From Kudoa neothunni (taxonomy: Eukaryota; Animalia; Cnidaria), in NCBI GenBank assembly GCA_964304625.1, contig OZ199840.1, positions 6,383,120 through 6,447,119 of the forward strand: a stretch of DNA of 64,000 nucleotides. Reading direction: 5' to 3'. The notes beneath the pieces were generated by a model. That model was not told the origin of the DNA. It did no database searches and saw only the letters and a list, made by a program, of their open reading frames with translations. A program made the position numbers and the translations under genes. Of this stretch, positions 38,274 through 52,348 are shown piece by piece; position 1 is the first letter of the stretch; each line of letters opens with the position of its first letter.

Positions 38274-41200
38274 TAAATGGGTCTTCTAACACCTACGATG
38301 ACCCACAGTTTCACATTGTAATCAGGCCTTTGGCAACATAAGTATATAGAAAACCACTGCAAGCGGAAATATGATTCTAGTCGAGTACTAAAAACCAGCA
38401 GTAACAGTATGATTGGGGAATTGAGGAGTATGAAAATTACTTTTTAAGAATTATCAAAAGTAATAAATAAAGAATTGCTGCAACAATATCATTATTGACC
38501 ATAATGAAGAAGGCACAAATATTTGGATTAACGTTTGGAGTGGCTACCATTATTTGGCCGACTTAAGATTTATTCAGGGACGCTGTCATTCATAAATAGC
38601 ACTATATTTTACCACAAGAAGTTCACATTAATAGAAATGAGGCAAGTTGGGTGCCTTCAAATGCGTGTACGCGGTACTACCAATTAAAACCCTGAAACCC
38701 TATTTGATAAGTCGGATGGTTTCTTATTTCATAGACTGAACCCTATAGGAGGAATGGGCGTTTTATGTCAATATATAATAAACTTATCCACATTTTAAAT
38801 ATTTTACGAATTTTACCTATCGCACGTTTTTGACCTTCCGATGATGAACCAGACGGTGTAGGATAGCCCTATTATCTACCTTATTTTAATTCTGACTGAC
38901 TTAAATTTAACAAATGGGTCTAAAATAAAACCAGAATTACTTATCATTGAATATTTAAATGTCGCGTGTTGAAACAAATTACAAAGGTGGTTGTGTCAAA
39001 AATAGGTTGTTGTATATTTTAGTTACGATTTTTTAAAAATTATACGCGTAAACAAAACCTTTTCCTGCCAAATATAAAATTCTATCTATTTATAGATGTA
39101 ATTCAAATATAGTATTGATATCTCATAGTAAAAATAATATTCTTAATGAATTATGTGTATTTTTAATGCCACCAATAATTATTGCTGAATTCCTTCGTTT
39201 CAAATTAAGTTATACACTCGTCGTCGTCATCATCATAAGTTAAAATGTTATTATCAAAAAAATTATCAGAAGAAATCGTTCCTTACTAAGATTTTAATTA
39301 AATGTGCATTTCTTGTATGATAATTGCATCACGCTCGATATTTTCTTAACAGATTTATCCTAATAAGTTCAAATTAAAATATTAAAATAATGAATACATA
39401 TATTAAATAATTTTAATTTATGAATACAATTAAAGATGGTTGAGGAACAAACATTACCCCAAGATTTATAAGGATTCTAACACAATTTCGTAATGTATAT
39501 ATCTGATTCGTTGCAGTCTTCATTTGTTAGAAAATGTTGACAAGAGATACTTAGTGAAAATTTAAAGAATATATTATTCCAAAAGTTAAATTCAGATAGT
39601 GGTATTCTATGGAAAAAACAGTAATTTTATTTTTGAGAACCAATATAAATTTTTCGGACGAGTCGACGATTGTTCAAACAGCAATGGAAACCCTCCTTTT
39701 TTGTGTTTTATGTTTACTATACCATTGCTTCATAAATTGGCTCAACATCTTTGCCGTTATCAAGGAATTTTGTTGAGAATAATATTCAACCGGAATTTTT
39801 TGAACGAAGCTGAATAACTTAAATATTTTAACATTCTGGTTAGTACCAACAGAAGTTTCCTTATTTAAATAAGCCGATACTAAAACTGACTCAAATTTTA
39901 AAAAGGTTTTATCGCACGCACCATTGTTTCTTTTTTAAAATAAAGGAGATATGGGGGCGATTTATAAAAATAGCTCTCATCAATATTTATTGTATAATTA
40001 TTATAGTTTTTTATAATATAAGAATTCTTTTGTGTTCATTCGTCAATATACGATGAAATTGTGAACACAAGCTAATTTCCTGTGAAATTAAAAAATGGGA
40101 ATATCTTTCCGTCAATTCTCAAAGTCGTCCTCTACTTGCGTAAAAATCTTCAATTCCAAATTTTGTAGCAATAAGCGCTGATTTTTTCCATTATGACATA
40201 ACATACACCTGGTTTATTTCGATTTAGCGCCTTAACAAACAATCCACATATATGAAAACAAATTTCTTTATATTTTTCGAATGCCATTTTTTTATAGCAA
40301 ATATCGAATAAATTATTTTTGCTCATTCGGCCGGATCGTACGCATCGGTAATTAACCCACAAATTCCCACAAAAAAATTGTAACTGAAGTAGTTACCACA
40401 TATATTAACTTGTTTTCATTTCCTCGGCGATAATTTATTTACTTCTCATTTTAAATTTATAAAATATGTTAGAATAAGCTTTTCATACATATGTGATTGT
40501 GTTCATGCCATTTTAAAACCTTGCTATAATCAATTACTGACTTCAAAAAGAACCTCGCTGTAACGATTCATTGCATAGTTAGAAAATCATTGTACGAGAA
40601 AATGTTTTCAATATAATTCTCAATCCTTACTCAAACAAACAAGTAATTTAAATCACCGATAAAATATTTAAATATACGTCAAAATCAAAAGCTCGGCTTT
40701 ATCTAGGTCCGGTTTTACTTATATCTATATATCTATATATATCTATCTATCTATCTCAATTTTAGAAATGTAGCTTGAATTTAATGAAATCTGAGAATGA
40801 AATTTTGTCATGCATCTATGGGGTTCAACGTTTTAGAATGTTTTTAATGGAGATAAAAATTAATTTTATGTTCGTATTTACGAAAAAGGGGGAGAATACA
40901 GCTTTATCTATAGATTTCATTATAATTCATACGAAAAAAAGTATTAATTTCCTTCATTATTGTAGATTAAATTATTTATATATATGGCTAGCTGTTTAAT
41001 GATTTATTGATCGAAATTTAACTATTTTAAATTTTTTGAAGATCATAATATAAGATTGTGACTTTTTGGGGTAAAAACGTGTCCAAAAATGTCGGCATTC
41101 ATTTTCAAAATATTACACCTTTAATAATTAATGCACTTTTTATTTATTTGGCATTTATTGGAGGAAATAACAAACTCAAAATAGACAGCGAACCATTAAT

Positions 41201-41294
41201 GAAATATTATTTGGTACAACATAAAGTTCCATCATGAGAGCGAAGAGAGATACAATCTAAAACGTACAATCATATGAATACACTCAATAAATTA

Positions 41295-43272
41295 TTATTC
41301 TAGAACACTGTGTTTGATGCTATACACAAAATATATGACTTCCCCTAATAAGAAAGATAGTTGTAATTCTATGAAAATAAATATCTTACCAATAATGATC
41401 CAAACAATAAAACGAAGCCAGGTAACATTATGAAGTGACGCCATAAGAAAAACGTTGATAAACATTCCTAATAAAGGCACGAAAGGAACCAATGGTACAG
41501 AAAATGCAAGATGTTCACATTTGGCTTTATAATAATTCATTATTTTGTACAGAAACAGCACAATAAACACATCAACAATCACAAGTATCACCATAAGGAT
41601 GGAAATAAAATGCCTTCGTAGACTAAAGTTGTACACGTCGAAAGAAATATGTTGGCCACTTCGAACAATAATGAACGATATGACAACCGAAGAAAAAAAC
41701 AAGAAACTCAGCAAAATATAAACCATATCTTTATACACGATTTTGCACGCGGAATCTTCACATTCCGACATTTTTACTCTCATGACGATAACACCTACAC
41801 ATACACCGGTGTATGCTAGCAATGTTCCGATAGACATCATCTCCACCAACTCCTCCACTGAGAGAAAAAATGCTAACGTTCCTAAAAGATATGACAGTTA
41901 TAATAATATTAGGTAGAATTAATAACAATTGAAAAAAAATTCTACAACAGTTAAGTGAACGATACCTGACATAAAACCGCTCACAATTGTTGAAACTATT
42001 GGAATATTGGTAGATTCCGAAATCCAAGCCAAAGGAGCAAAGAGAAGTCCATCACGAGCCATAGTATAGATAATTCTTGGAGTTGGGAGAAGAGATGAGA
42101 AAACACAGGTCATTAAACCAAATGATGCCCCAACACTGACAAACCACGTAGCAAATTTGTTGTCATTTCTCAGAAAAGCTTCAACAAATGCTGCACTTCC
42201 TTTCAAACTGTTGTATGGTGCTATAAGTGTAAGAACAGCAGATACCACTATGTAGAGGGATGCGCTGATGGCAATTGTTAGAAATATGGATTTCGGGATT
42301 GTTTTCTTAGCATTGATAGCCTCATCTCCAAGAGAGGCCACAACGTCAAACCCAATATATGAAAAGAAACAAATTGAAGCACCAGAAATTATTCCCTGAA
42401 TTCCGTAAGGCGCAAAATTCGACCAATTATCCACATTTATGTAGAACAATCCAGCTACAGTTATAACCACAATGGATGCCAAGTTAATCAATGTTCCGAT
42501 GGTGTTAAGGAATGCATATTTTTTGATTCCGTACACAATTACTAGGAAAGTTATCGTCAAACATATAAAAAACGACCAATAATCAAAGGAGTATTTGGTC
42601 GGTGATTTATTAATGTTGATGTTGCTTTCACTTAGAGATAACATTTGAACAAAAAGTTTGCTTACGTAGGTGGTAAACGATCTCACGATAGCAGCCGCTC
42701 CCACCACATATTCTAGAATTATGTTCCAACCAATAATGAACCCTAGTGCTTCTCCCATTGTCATATAAATGTAGGAATATGCTGAACCACTTCTAGGATA
42801 GATAGAGCTCAGTTCACAATAGCATAACGCACTGAAAAATGATGCGATTCCAGCAATAATATATGACAACACAACGCCGGGTCCAGCCACGTCGCTCGCC
42901 ACAGTCCCTGTAAGTACGTAGATTCCTGCACCAATGGTACTGCTAATTCCGATCATAGTCAGATCAAATGTTCCCAAAACTCTGTTCAATCCATTTGGCA
43001 TGTCTAAAGTGAGTTAGTTGAAAATATTGGAGCCTGGTGATTAATATTTAAAAAACATTTAAAAAAAAATCAGAAAATTTATATTATTTTACAAAATGAT
43101 TTTTTGATGGATATATGTATTAGAACCTACCTACGCTACTCCGGTCAAGCTGTGAGGGAATATCGGGAGTTCTACTTAGCTTTCCATAATAATAGTTGAA
43201 CTTTTTACGATGACCACTTGATTCGGCAGCAGTTGACGTCTTGTCATCACCATCATTTGACTCGGACAACAT
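41295..43272 (-). CDS. Cationic amino acid transporter (SLC7A1-4/APC family)
   Basis: Exon 1 (43272-43131, MLSESNDG...GKLSRTP) splices to DMPNGLNRVLGTFDLTMIGISSTIGAGIYVLTG. Further motifs: GSAYSY, CFFSYIGFD, PRIIYTMARDGLLF, LVEMMSIGTLLAY, FSVPLVPFVP, TWLRF, IYFVYSIKHS. Confidence 0.93.
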
Positions 43273-43475
43273 AAAACAAACTAATGATAGCTACAGCCCA
43301 ACTGTTTTCGTGATTCGGTGTACTTGTTGGATAGATATGCGAACACCAAACTATGGGGTGAAAATATTCGATAGAAAATGTGTTAATGCTTTCAATCAGA
43401 AACAATACAAAATGACACATTGAAGAAACGAATATTGAAACTTTAGAAAACTAATCTACACATCTAGAACTACAT

Positions 43476-43735
43476 TCAGGCTAAAGTTATCTTATAAACA
43501 GCATGCAACGCCACTGCCGATGTTGCTAAATATATGACATAATCAATAGCTGACTGATTGGATAAATATTACCAAGGGACGTGATTTTTAAAATCGCACT
43601 TAATCGTTGATTCGAGCATGCTTTCGCCTGCACACCAAAAGCCCCAGTCGCAAAACCAAACACGAATGCTCTCACTATGTAACATCCAGTGCATAATTCA
43701 TCTTTCGTTTGCTTATCACCATCTAGAACAACCAT
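43476..43735 (-). CDS. 70-aa CxxC + two-helix membrane protein, DMAC1/DUF4536-like
   Basis: Two exons with a GT-AG intron at 43526-43572: MVVLDGDKQTKDELCTGCYIVRAFVFGFATGAFGVQAKACSNQRLSAILKITSLATSAVALHAVYKITLA*. Confidence 0.55.
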
Positions 43736-44436
43736 GAGAGAGCTAATTTCCCCGTCGCGAAATATCGTTCATTTTCATTATTAATCGGAAATGCAATTGC
43801 TTGGATTTTTTTAAATTTAAATTTTCATTATTTCTAATTGTTTGAAAAAAAAATTTTTTCTTACGCTTGAATTTCTTGAATACGTTTTTGGGCATGAATA
43901 ATCCAAGTTTATACACAACGTCTAAATCTCTTTATCACCCCTTAAATTAATCTCAAAAAATTCATCACTTTAACTCTTTTAATTAAATTTATTTTACAAT
44001 TAAAATATTTTTATCATGTATTGTATTTATATTTCTGGCCCTTACATAATTGTCTGAGTATAACCTATTATTGTTATGATTGTTGAATATTTCTGAGAAT
44101 TAAAGTATCACTTATTGATGGTAATTATATTTAAAAAAAAACCTACTCCACTAATAATCCCATTTTGTAAAAATATGATATCCGCTAGATTTTGTTAAAT
44201 TTAATGTTTATTGAAAGTTTTAACATTTTTTAACCCCATCATTAGGATGTTAACCTTAGATGTGATTGAAAAAATGTTTTTCTGTGGCTAATAAAAAGTT
44301 ACTTTTGTTTACAAAAAAAATCTTATAGATTAAAAAGTTTATAAATTTTCTATTTCCTTGGTAATTTTCTGCGACAATTAGAATAGGCTCGACTATATTT
44401 CAACATATTACAACTTAAATAAGACACATCTTTATA

Positions 44437-45308
44437 TATTGGAACCTCGATTATCTGCAAAATTTGGGACCAGCGAGTTTCTGGTTAATCGACCCTAAAA
44501 CAATGACATACTCGCGCGCATTTTTTGAAGTTTTTACTTAAAGGACTGCTTATTTGATTTATAAATAATTCTTACTATTTATTAAATGAAATAGCTTAAT
44601 TTCGACTTATTAAATTAAAATTATTGGTACATCTATTAACTACGAACGTGGAAACTTAAAAGAAAAAACACCACATAATTATGGAAGAAAAACACGTCTA
44701 CAGGGAATTATTCTACTTTTTTTAATAATCGGCAATTAATGTTTATTTAAAATACATACAAGCATATGTTCGGATCTAGTACAAATTTCTACAAGAACTG
44801 AATGTTTAACTTGAGTTTTCAAAGAAAAATTTATAAATAATTAAGGCTGAGGCTATTTTTGCATTGTAAAATTTAATCCTAAACGGCATGTACGCTTGCG
44901 CACTGGTGTTTTTTAATCTTAGCAATTCCTATTTACAAGCTGTTTATAGATTAAATTTTTTAGAATCTTTTATATTTAATTATTTCCGGCCGAACACTTC
45001 GCTCGTAGGGACCAGAAATAATTAACTATAGACAAAACTAGAGTCGCCTAAATATTATTTATCATGCCAATAGCCACTTCCAATAACTAACTTAGAAATG
45101 TTTTTGTTTTAGATGTTACATTAGTATATGTGTTTCATTGTATACGTCGCACAGTGATTGATGGTACTAAATCCGGAATTATGATTAAATAGCTATTCCG
45201 GTTGTCGAATAATCAAACATTTATCTACACGTAATTTCAATAAAATCCGAAGAAAATTTTAAATATCTACCGGATAGCGCGATTTCTGGATTATCGAGGT
45301 TCGATTAC
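44437..45308. mobile_element. Tigger/pogo-type MITE
   Basis: TIR cores TATTGGAACCTCGATTATC / GATTATCGAGGTTCGATTA resemble Tigger CAGTNGAACCTCG termini; TA-rich flanks. Confidence 0.6.
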
Positions 45309-45750
45309 ATATAGGTATATAATGAATTTATAACTTAACGTTGAAGGCCGAAAAATAAGTGGGTGGAAGAAACCATTTAAGAAATAAGCAGACATGACTG
45401 ATTTCTTGAGGGATATTTTCGTCATTATATGGCGACATTTAACTTCTATCAAAACAATACTTTTTCCATAAACTTTAAATCTAAATATTCGCGGGCATAA
45501 TCATAAACACATCCAAACTTGATTATTTTAATTCCGATTTTCAAAAAACCAACAAAATTGGAAACTCTGAGAACACATGAGGCATGCATACAAATATAAA
45601 TGATTGTTTTATGTAACGATTATAAAAACCAATGCAAACAACAGCAACACCAGATAATTTTGCAACAACTAAATATCAGCTAATGGAACTCAATAACCTA
45701 TTTTGGGTCTCCGAATGCAGGATGTTAGGACAACAATTTGATGAACATGT

Positions 45751-48700
45751 CTATTCCCACTCGATTGTTCCGGGGGGTTTACTGGTGAGATCATAGAGAA
45801 CTTTGGAAATTCTTGGCACGCTGTTCACAATTCGCTGATGTATATTGTTAAGTGTATCCAAAGTAATATCGACACCAGGAACTGCAGGTAAAGCAGTCAT
45901 AAAATCAGAAGTAATGACGGGGCGCAACACAACTGAGAATCGCACAGTACTATGGTCGGCAAACTCGATATCGTCAAACTGTATCGGCAGAAGTACCACA
46001 GGAAATTGGCTGACAGAGTTGTATTCGTCGGATTCAACCAACGTTTCGCTCACGATATGGTCAGCTTTTCGCAGTATATCGACAACTGGAGGACAGATAT
46101 GGCAAATAGTGATTCGATCAATGGATTTTTCCACTATACGTCCACCAAGAGCATACAAAACTCTATTAGATAATAATCAAATAACGTACACTTATGATTG
46201 CAAAATAAACAAATATATGAATATGAGTATTACCTATTTACAATATGACAGGTTTTGGTCACGAATTTGGCTAGCTGGACCATGTTTGGCCAGTTAGGTT
46301 CTGGGTTGTCAGATGATATTACCAAGGGATGTTTATAGCTTCTGCCATCACCCTACATATTTTCGCCAACGTTATAATACACAGACATTCTTCCTATGAA
46401 AATTACCTGTACCCCAACACTATTGATAGGCAGAATATGGCAGAACAGAGGAAATTTATCAGTGTCCTGGGTTAATTTATCGAGAAAATCCAATTCTTCT
46501 GATGTTAAAGTCTCTTTAATCTCATCAAACATGGCATTGGTGCGTTTCAATTTGGTTCGTGAATGATAATTAACCATAAAATTAAGCATCGTTTGGGTGG
46601 AGGGAATAACACTGATATTTTTTGGTTGATTAGAATCATTGCATAAAATACGAATAGCCAATCCAGGTCCTATTAGAATGGATAGTATTCAGTTTCATAA
46701 AAAGCAAAGAGACACAGATGGCAATAAAAACTGCACAATATTTAATTGTTACCTGGGAACGGATGTCGATTGATTAAGGCAGGTTCGAGGCCTAGATCAA
46801 TACCGATTTTTCGAACCTCATCCTTGTGGAAATCTTTCAAAGGTTCCAAAATTAATCCCTTAATTAGTAATAACAATAATAATAATAATTTAATGGTTCA
46901 GAGTAAAATTATTTGGAGGATGAAAATTAAAATTACTTTTTCACGATTTTCTCTCACCAGAGCAGTATCGTTGTGATGTGTCTTGATTGTTTCCGCACAT
47001 CCAGAAACAACCGTAGATGCACTTTCGATGAGATCAGGCCTAAGAGTGCCTTGAGCGATTATTGTATTATCACGATTCAATTTGAGTTCATTCATTATTC
47101 GCTGGCAAACTCGCATAAACGTGTCGCCTATTATTTTTCTTTTGTGTTCAGGATCCACTGTTTGGCAGAGAGGACCGGTCTCTACCAGCATCCTGGGCAA
47201 CGGTTCACAAGAAGAGTGACTGTTTGAGTCCGAGTGAGCGGTGGTAGGATACACCTCCCGAGGGTCGACAACTTGATAAACGCTACTGACACCGTTTTCA
47301 GTGTGTGCACCATTGACATTAGCTCTAAGTTCAGGTTGTTGTGGTTGTTCAGCGTTGAACTCTGGCCCGGTTTCAAAAGTGGTTTTTGCCCAAAGGAACT
47401 CCCGATCGCATTTGTACACATTTAAATCGACACCGACAGATTTAAGTTGAAGGCAGATGGATTCACTTTCCGTGTGACGCATAAAACCATGGTCGATATG
47501 CACCAACGTAACTTTTTCAGACGGTAAAGCTTTTCTAATGAGTGTTCCACAGACCAGAGAATCCACTCCGCCACTCAACAAAACCAACACATGATAATCA
47601 TTATCAAATTTGGATACGAAATTTTTTATTTCGTTCACCGAATCGTCAATACGACTACTAATCGTGAATTCTGGTGTACATCCAGCTATCTAAATTGCGG
47701 TGTAACTTGTAAACAGTGATGAAAGCACACGGACGTTACGTTGAATAGGAAGTTCTCAAAGAGTCGATGTCCTATTTCGGTGAGAGTTACTTCGGGATGG
47801 AACTGAACCCCGTAAAGCGGGAGGCTTTCATGAGTTATCCCACACACAATACCACTCATTGATTTAACATCGCAGTGAAACTCTGCTGGTATTCCAGTAC
47901 AGATATCACCATGAGTAAGTAGAACTTTTGCCGAGTTGGGAATTGATCTATGCGTAGATAACAAATTTATTAATATCCAAGTAATCTCAAAATTAGAATG
48001 TTTCAAAGATCAATAAACTTAAGAATAACAACAGTTACGAAGCTATTATAAAGTAGATTAACGCAATTAAAAAAATAATATCTAATGGCCGTTAGTCAGA
48101 TATATTATAGACGATCAGTAATGCTGAAATAATTAAAAATATACATTATTTTTTAAAAGGTGCATAATATTTTTGATCGTAATTAATGAAATTTAAGATT
48201 ACTGGAAATATTTAGTAAATCATTTGTGAAAAATTGAACTTAGTTAAAAACTATATACTCGTAAAGGGGGCTCTTTGAATCAATGTCAACGTCAATTTGG
48301 CCATCTTGACGAGTGTTACTAAGCGAAGCAACTTGACCATCGAATAATTTGACCATCAGCTAATCAGTAAAAAGCGTAGAAAAACAGAAAAAGGGAAATC
48401 TATACCTGCATGCCAAAACAAATACCAAGAACTGGTATGCCCATTCTAAAGATATCAGGATCGAAAGATCCATACGGAAGGTCATTAACACTTCCGGGTC
48501 CACCGGAAATTATAATTGCCCTTTTTATAATAAAAAGAATAATATTTGTAGATAAGAATTTAGTGAAAACAATAATACGTGTAATTTTTCTGATGAACAA
48601 CAATCGATGGTGTTGACAACGGAATTATTTCTGTTCGTACATGTAATTCTCTGACTCTTCGATCAATCAACTATACAACCCAAACAATTATCACGCAATA

Positions 48701-48937
48701 AGTTGAAATTATTATTTAATAACATATTTGTAAAATTTCAATAAAATACGGGACAAAATATAAGATTTATTAATTCTATCAATTTTCTAGTATGCGGTAA
48801 TAATCACGACAAATTATCACCATACTGAATTTTATTGACAAACATCATTAACGATATCTAATAAAATATGTAATTACCTTTGAAAATTGCGAGCCTGCAT
48901 CCAAAATTGCCACAGTATGCACATTTGTTGCAGCCAT
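45751..48937 (-). CDS. GMPS: GMP synthase [glutamine-hydrolysing], multi-exon
   Basis: [26 protein letters not shown] (catalytic Cys), [73 protein letters not shown]. Confidence 0.96.
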
Positions 48938-49321
48938 TTCAGTTGTATTATAGTTTTGATTTCAATATAACTGGACAAATATATATTTATGAAGTATTTT
49001 ACCTCTACTGTTTACCTCGAGGTGGAATATGAGGGGCTCAACCGAATAGTAGGAAGGGTTAAATTTTCGACTTCAGTTTTTCGCAGTTAAGCTGACGAAA
49101 ATGCGCGAAATTTACCTTATCGACTATTTAAACCAATAAAATGCCCTATTCGTCGTCCCCGTTAGTTAACACTTTTATTTTGATCAAATAATGAATAATT
49201 ATTGTTAAAATTACAGCAATCTTCTTATTTAAAATTGCCTGAGATTAATTTGGCTTTATTGTCGGTTATCCTCGGTGACGATACAAATCGATTGTTCGCC
49301 GTGAGCTTTTGTGAGACTTTT

Positions 49322-49739
49322 ATGTCATTCGAATTCGGAAACAACTTTGGTAATATTCATACTATTAAATAACCCACTCCTAACTATGTTTAGATCCATT
49401 CAGCAATGAAACTGTAGGGAAAGTAGCCGATGTACAACCTGTACATATTCGTGTGCAACAACGTAATGGTAGAAAGACCTTAACCACAATTCAAGGTTTA
49501 GATGATGAGCTGGACAAGAAGAAAATATTAAAAGTTTTAAAAAAAGTATTTTTTTAGTGGTTGACTGATTGATCTGATGAGTTGTTTTATAGAACTTCAA
49601 TTGTAATGGTACCGTTACTTCCCACAAAGAATATGGAGAGGTCATACAACTCCAAGGCGATCATAGAGAAAAGGCTTCAAAAATTCTCACTCAATGTGGA
49701 TTAGTTGATGCTAACAACATCAAAATCCATGGTTTCTGA
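49322..49739 (+). CDS. EIF1: Eukaryotic translation initiation factor 1 (SUI1), 3 exons
   Basis: MSFEFGNNFDPF...VHIRVQQRNGRKTLTTIQGL...KKNFNCNGTV...YGEVIQLQGDHR...IKIHGF*. It is absent from the ORF track because of introns. Confidence 0.96.
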
Positions 49740-52348
49740 GTGTTTCTATTGTAGATTACCAACAATCCTGCGTTTAGTGCTTTAATTATAGTTTGTTATT
49801 GTTTTTTCTCAATTTGCGTGAGGTATTAACTCCAAAATTTTTAATTCTGTATGGATATCAGAGAAAGGGGCAATTATTTAAGGATTCGCCAATGAATTCC
49901 AGGCGGTTGTTTAGTTTGAATGTGGCACGTTTATTTTATTGTCACCCATTCATTTATGCGTAATTCTGATGGCATAGAAAATAATATGATTATGTAAATC
50001 GCATATAATGTACGTCTTGTGGTTCTTCTGCTCTCAGAAATGTTTCAACTCCGTTTTTATTATGATAGCATTGACGCTTTGTGTTATATCGTATTATTAA
50101 TCAGTTTCAAGGATAATTTTGTATCATAATAGCATGTAATTGGGATGTTTTGCTTCGTTTAACTGACCATAAGACTCAATGTGATCCGATGGTCTCTAAG
50201 TCAACAGCTAAATACTTCGATACTGATTAACGCCACGAATGATTATAAGAAAAGTGTTCCTTCTGTAGTCTTCCAAACTTGGATGTATATTAATCACATG
50301 ATGATATCGACTAATAGAGGAGAACCCATATTATTTTTTAAAAACTTGTTCGAATGTTATGATGCATTTGTTGTGTTTTTGATATTATTTAAATTTTTAA
50401 AGAAAGAAAATTTTTTGTTAGAAAAAATAAATAGAATTGTGTTCATCGTCTTTTGTATCACTCGTTGAAATAGATCATTTATTTCTAAATTAGAAATATA
50501 AATTAAGACCAGTGCAGATGCGGAATCCACGGCATTGCCCAGGAGCATGTGGTCATCTAGTTAAATATTGATTTGTTAAACACAGAAAATTCTGATTAAT
50601 AGAAAATTTCAGAACAAGGTTTGAAAATGCAAAAGCTAATATTTATTTTTACAGATATGTTACGAAATATAAATTCCGCCAGCATTCTCGCAATTTTGAC
50701 CAGTCGTTAATTAATTGAATATCATTTATTGAAAATGAATTGCAATAAATCAATCAAAATATATTGAAAAAAAATTCCATAACATATTTCAAAAAGTAAC
50801 AGAATTTTAGGCCTTTACGTAACAACAATGCAAACAGTTAAAATATCTTAAATTTGTTAACACAAATTCAGCCAAATTGTTATTTCTATAGTAATGTAAT
50901 AAATAATAATGGAACAGAGTTCCCACCGATGAGGCGTGAAAAAATTTTAGTGATGCATGGAAATTATTAAACTTGTAATGAACCGCTTTGCTGGAACGCG
51001 AAAAATCCTGAGTATTGGTGATGACATGGATAATGGTGAGATAATTGGACAGTATGACGTACTCGAAGTAAATATCGCGATTTTCGCCATCGCTTATCTT
51101 TACGTGACGATTAATATCATAAAAAAATACAACAAGCAGTGACTAATTATATAAAAATTAATAATAATATTTAACGCGTCCTTCGTCCAAATAGAGTCAG
51201 AATGGCTTGAATCTCAATCTTGTCTCATTTAGAATCATATATCCCTTTTTTATTACACGTATTATATTATTGATCAATTTTGTATTTGTATTATTTATTT
51301 TTCATTTGTTAGTCCCGTATAGAATTAAACCTTTCCTAGTGAAGGTTGGACTACCGTGAGTTTCATTCGACGCTGTTTTGATGGAATAAAGAACTAAAGA
51401 TGTAAATTTTAAAATCCATAGATAAATAAAGTTATATCTAATCTAAAACATTTTATTTTAATGAGAAAAGAAGTATATATTAATTGCTTCCAAATATTAA
51501 TGTGATAGGGAGCTTTATTCAATGTTATAGACAGTTTAATTTAAAAAAATTAATACTCTCGCAAAAGGTGTGACAGGAAACTCTTTTTCAAAAAAAAGTG
51601 GGCGCGACAGAACAAAGATTGGGGAACATTGATGCAAAACGAATATGATAGTGTTTATCCTGAATTTGCGAATTTAACTATTTATTCAATGTTAGCATTT
51701 TTATTTATTTTCCAAAAATGAGGTATAATTTTGTCTAAGTTTGTTGTTTAACAGGTTTGGATAACTAAAAATAGAGTCTATATATTGGTTAATAAAAAAT
51801 GCGGTTAGAGCAGCGGCATATGAACCATTAGAGTCTAGAGTTGAGGTTCGATTCTTGAAACTCTCATCAGAGAAAATTAAAGTTTAGATGTCAGTTTCTG
51901 AGAAATTTACAAATTCTGTAACTCTAAAAATATCCCCTAATTCTGATATATCTAGAGTACGTTTCGAGCCAACAAAGAGTTTTTCGAGGGTAAGATTGGA
52001 CGCTTGAATAATCGAGAAAGTATTCAGTAATAAAAATCTTACAGAAAACAAATACAGCACTGATGAAATCGAAGGGCAGAGTTTGAGGATTGTAGATGCT
52101 CTACAAAACGGATATATAGTAGACCAAATGTTTACAATGCGGATGTAAGATAAGATGTGGGTGCATATTGCTCGCTGCGGTTCCTACCGCGTTCATGGAG
52201 TCTGTTTGAACTCCACAACCTAATAATCTGCGTTGTTGGTTTATCTTTTTAACAAAAATCCTTTAAATTGATATAGAGTAGGTTAACATATTTTTCATAA
52301 TTAAATTATATAAAAAGTATTGAATCGCTGAATATCCAAGATCTAGAT

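Noticed and set aside
38340-38880. Penelope/GIY-YIG-like remnant (LFRDAVIH...INRNEA) with a CCGATGATG hammerhead-like start
   Set aside because: Too decayed; the ribozyme core (CUGAUGA...GAAA) is not intact.
39500-40370. Possible decayed hAT transposase on the - strand
   Set aside because: Only faint motif similarity; no TIRs or TSD located.
45845-46297. 150-aa + strand ORF (and similar ORFs at 16508-16762, 46973-47227, 60059-60460)
   Set aside because: Antisense shadows of real coding exons (GMPS, XAB2, piggyBac).
51801-51870. tRNA-like A box (GCGGTTAGAGC) and B box (GGTTCGATTC), possible SINE head
   Set aside because: Single degenerate copy with no cloverleaf, TSD or tail that I can define.
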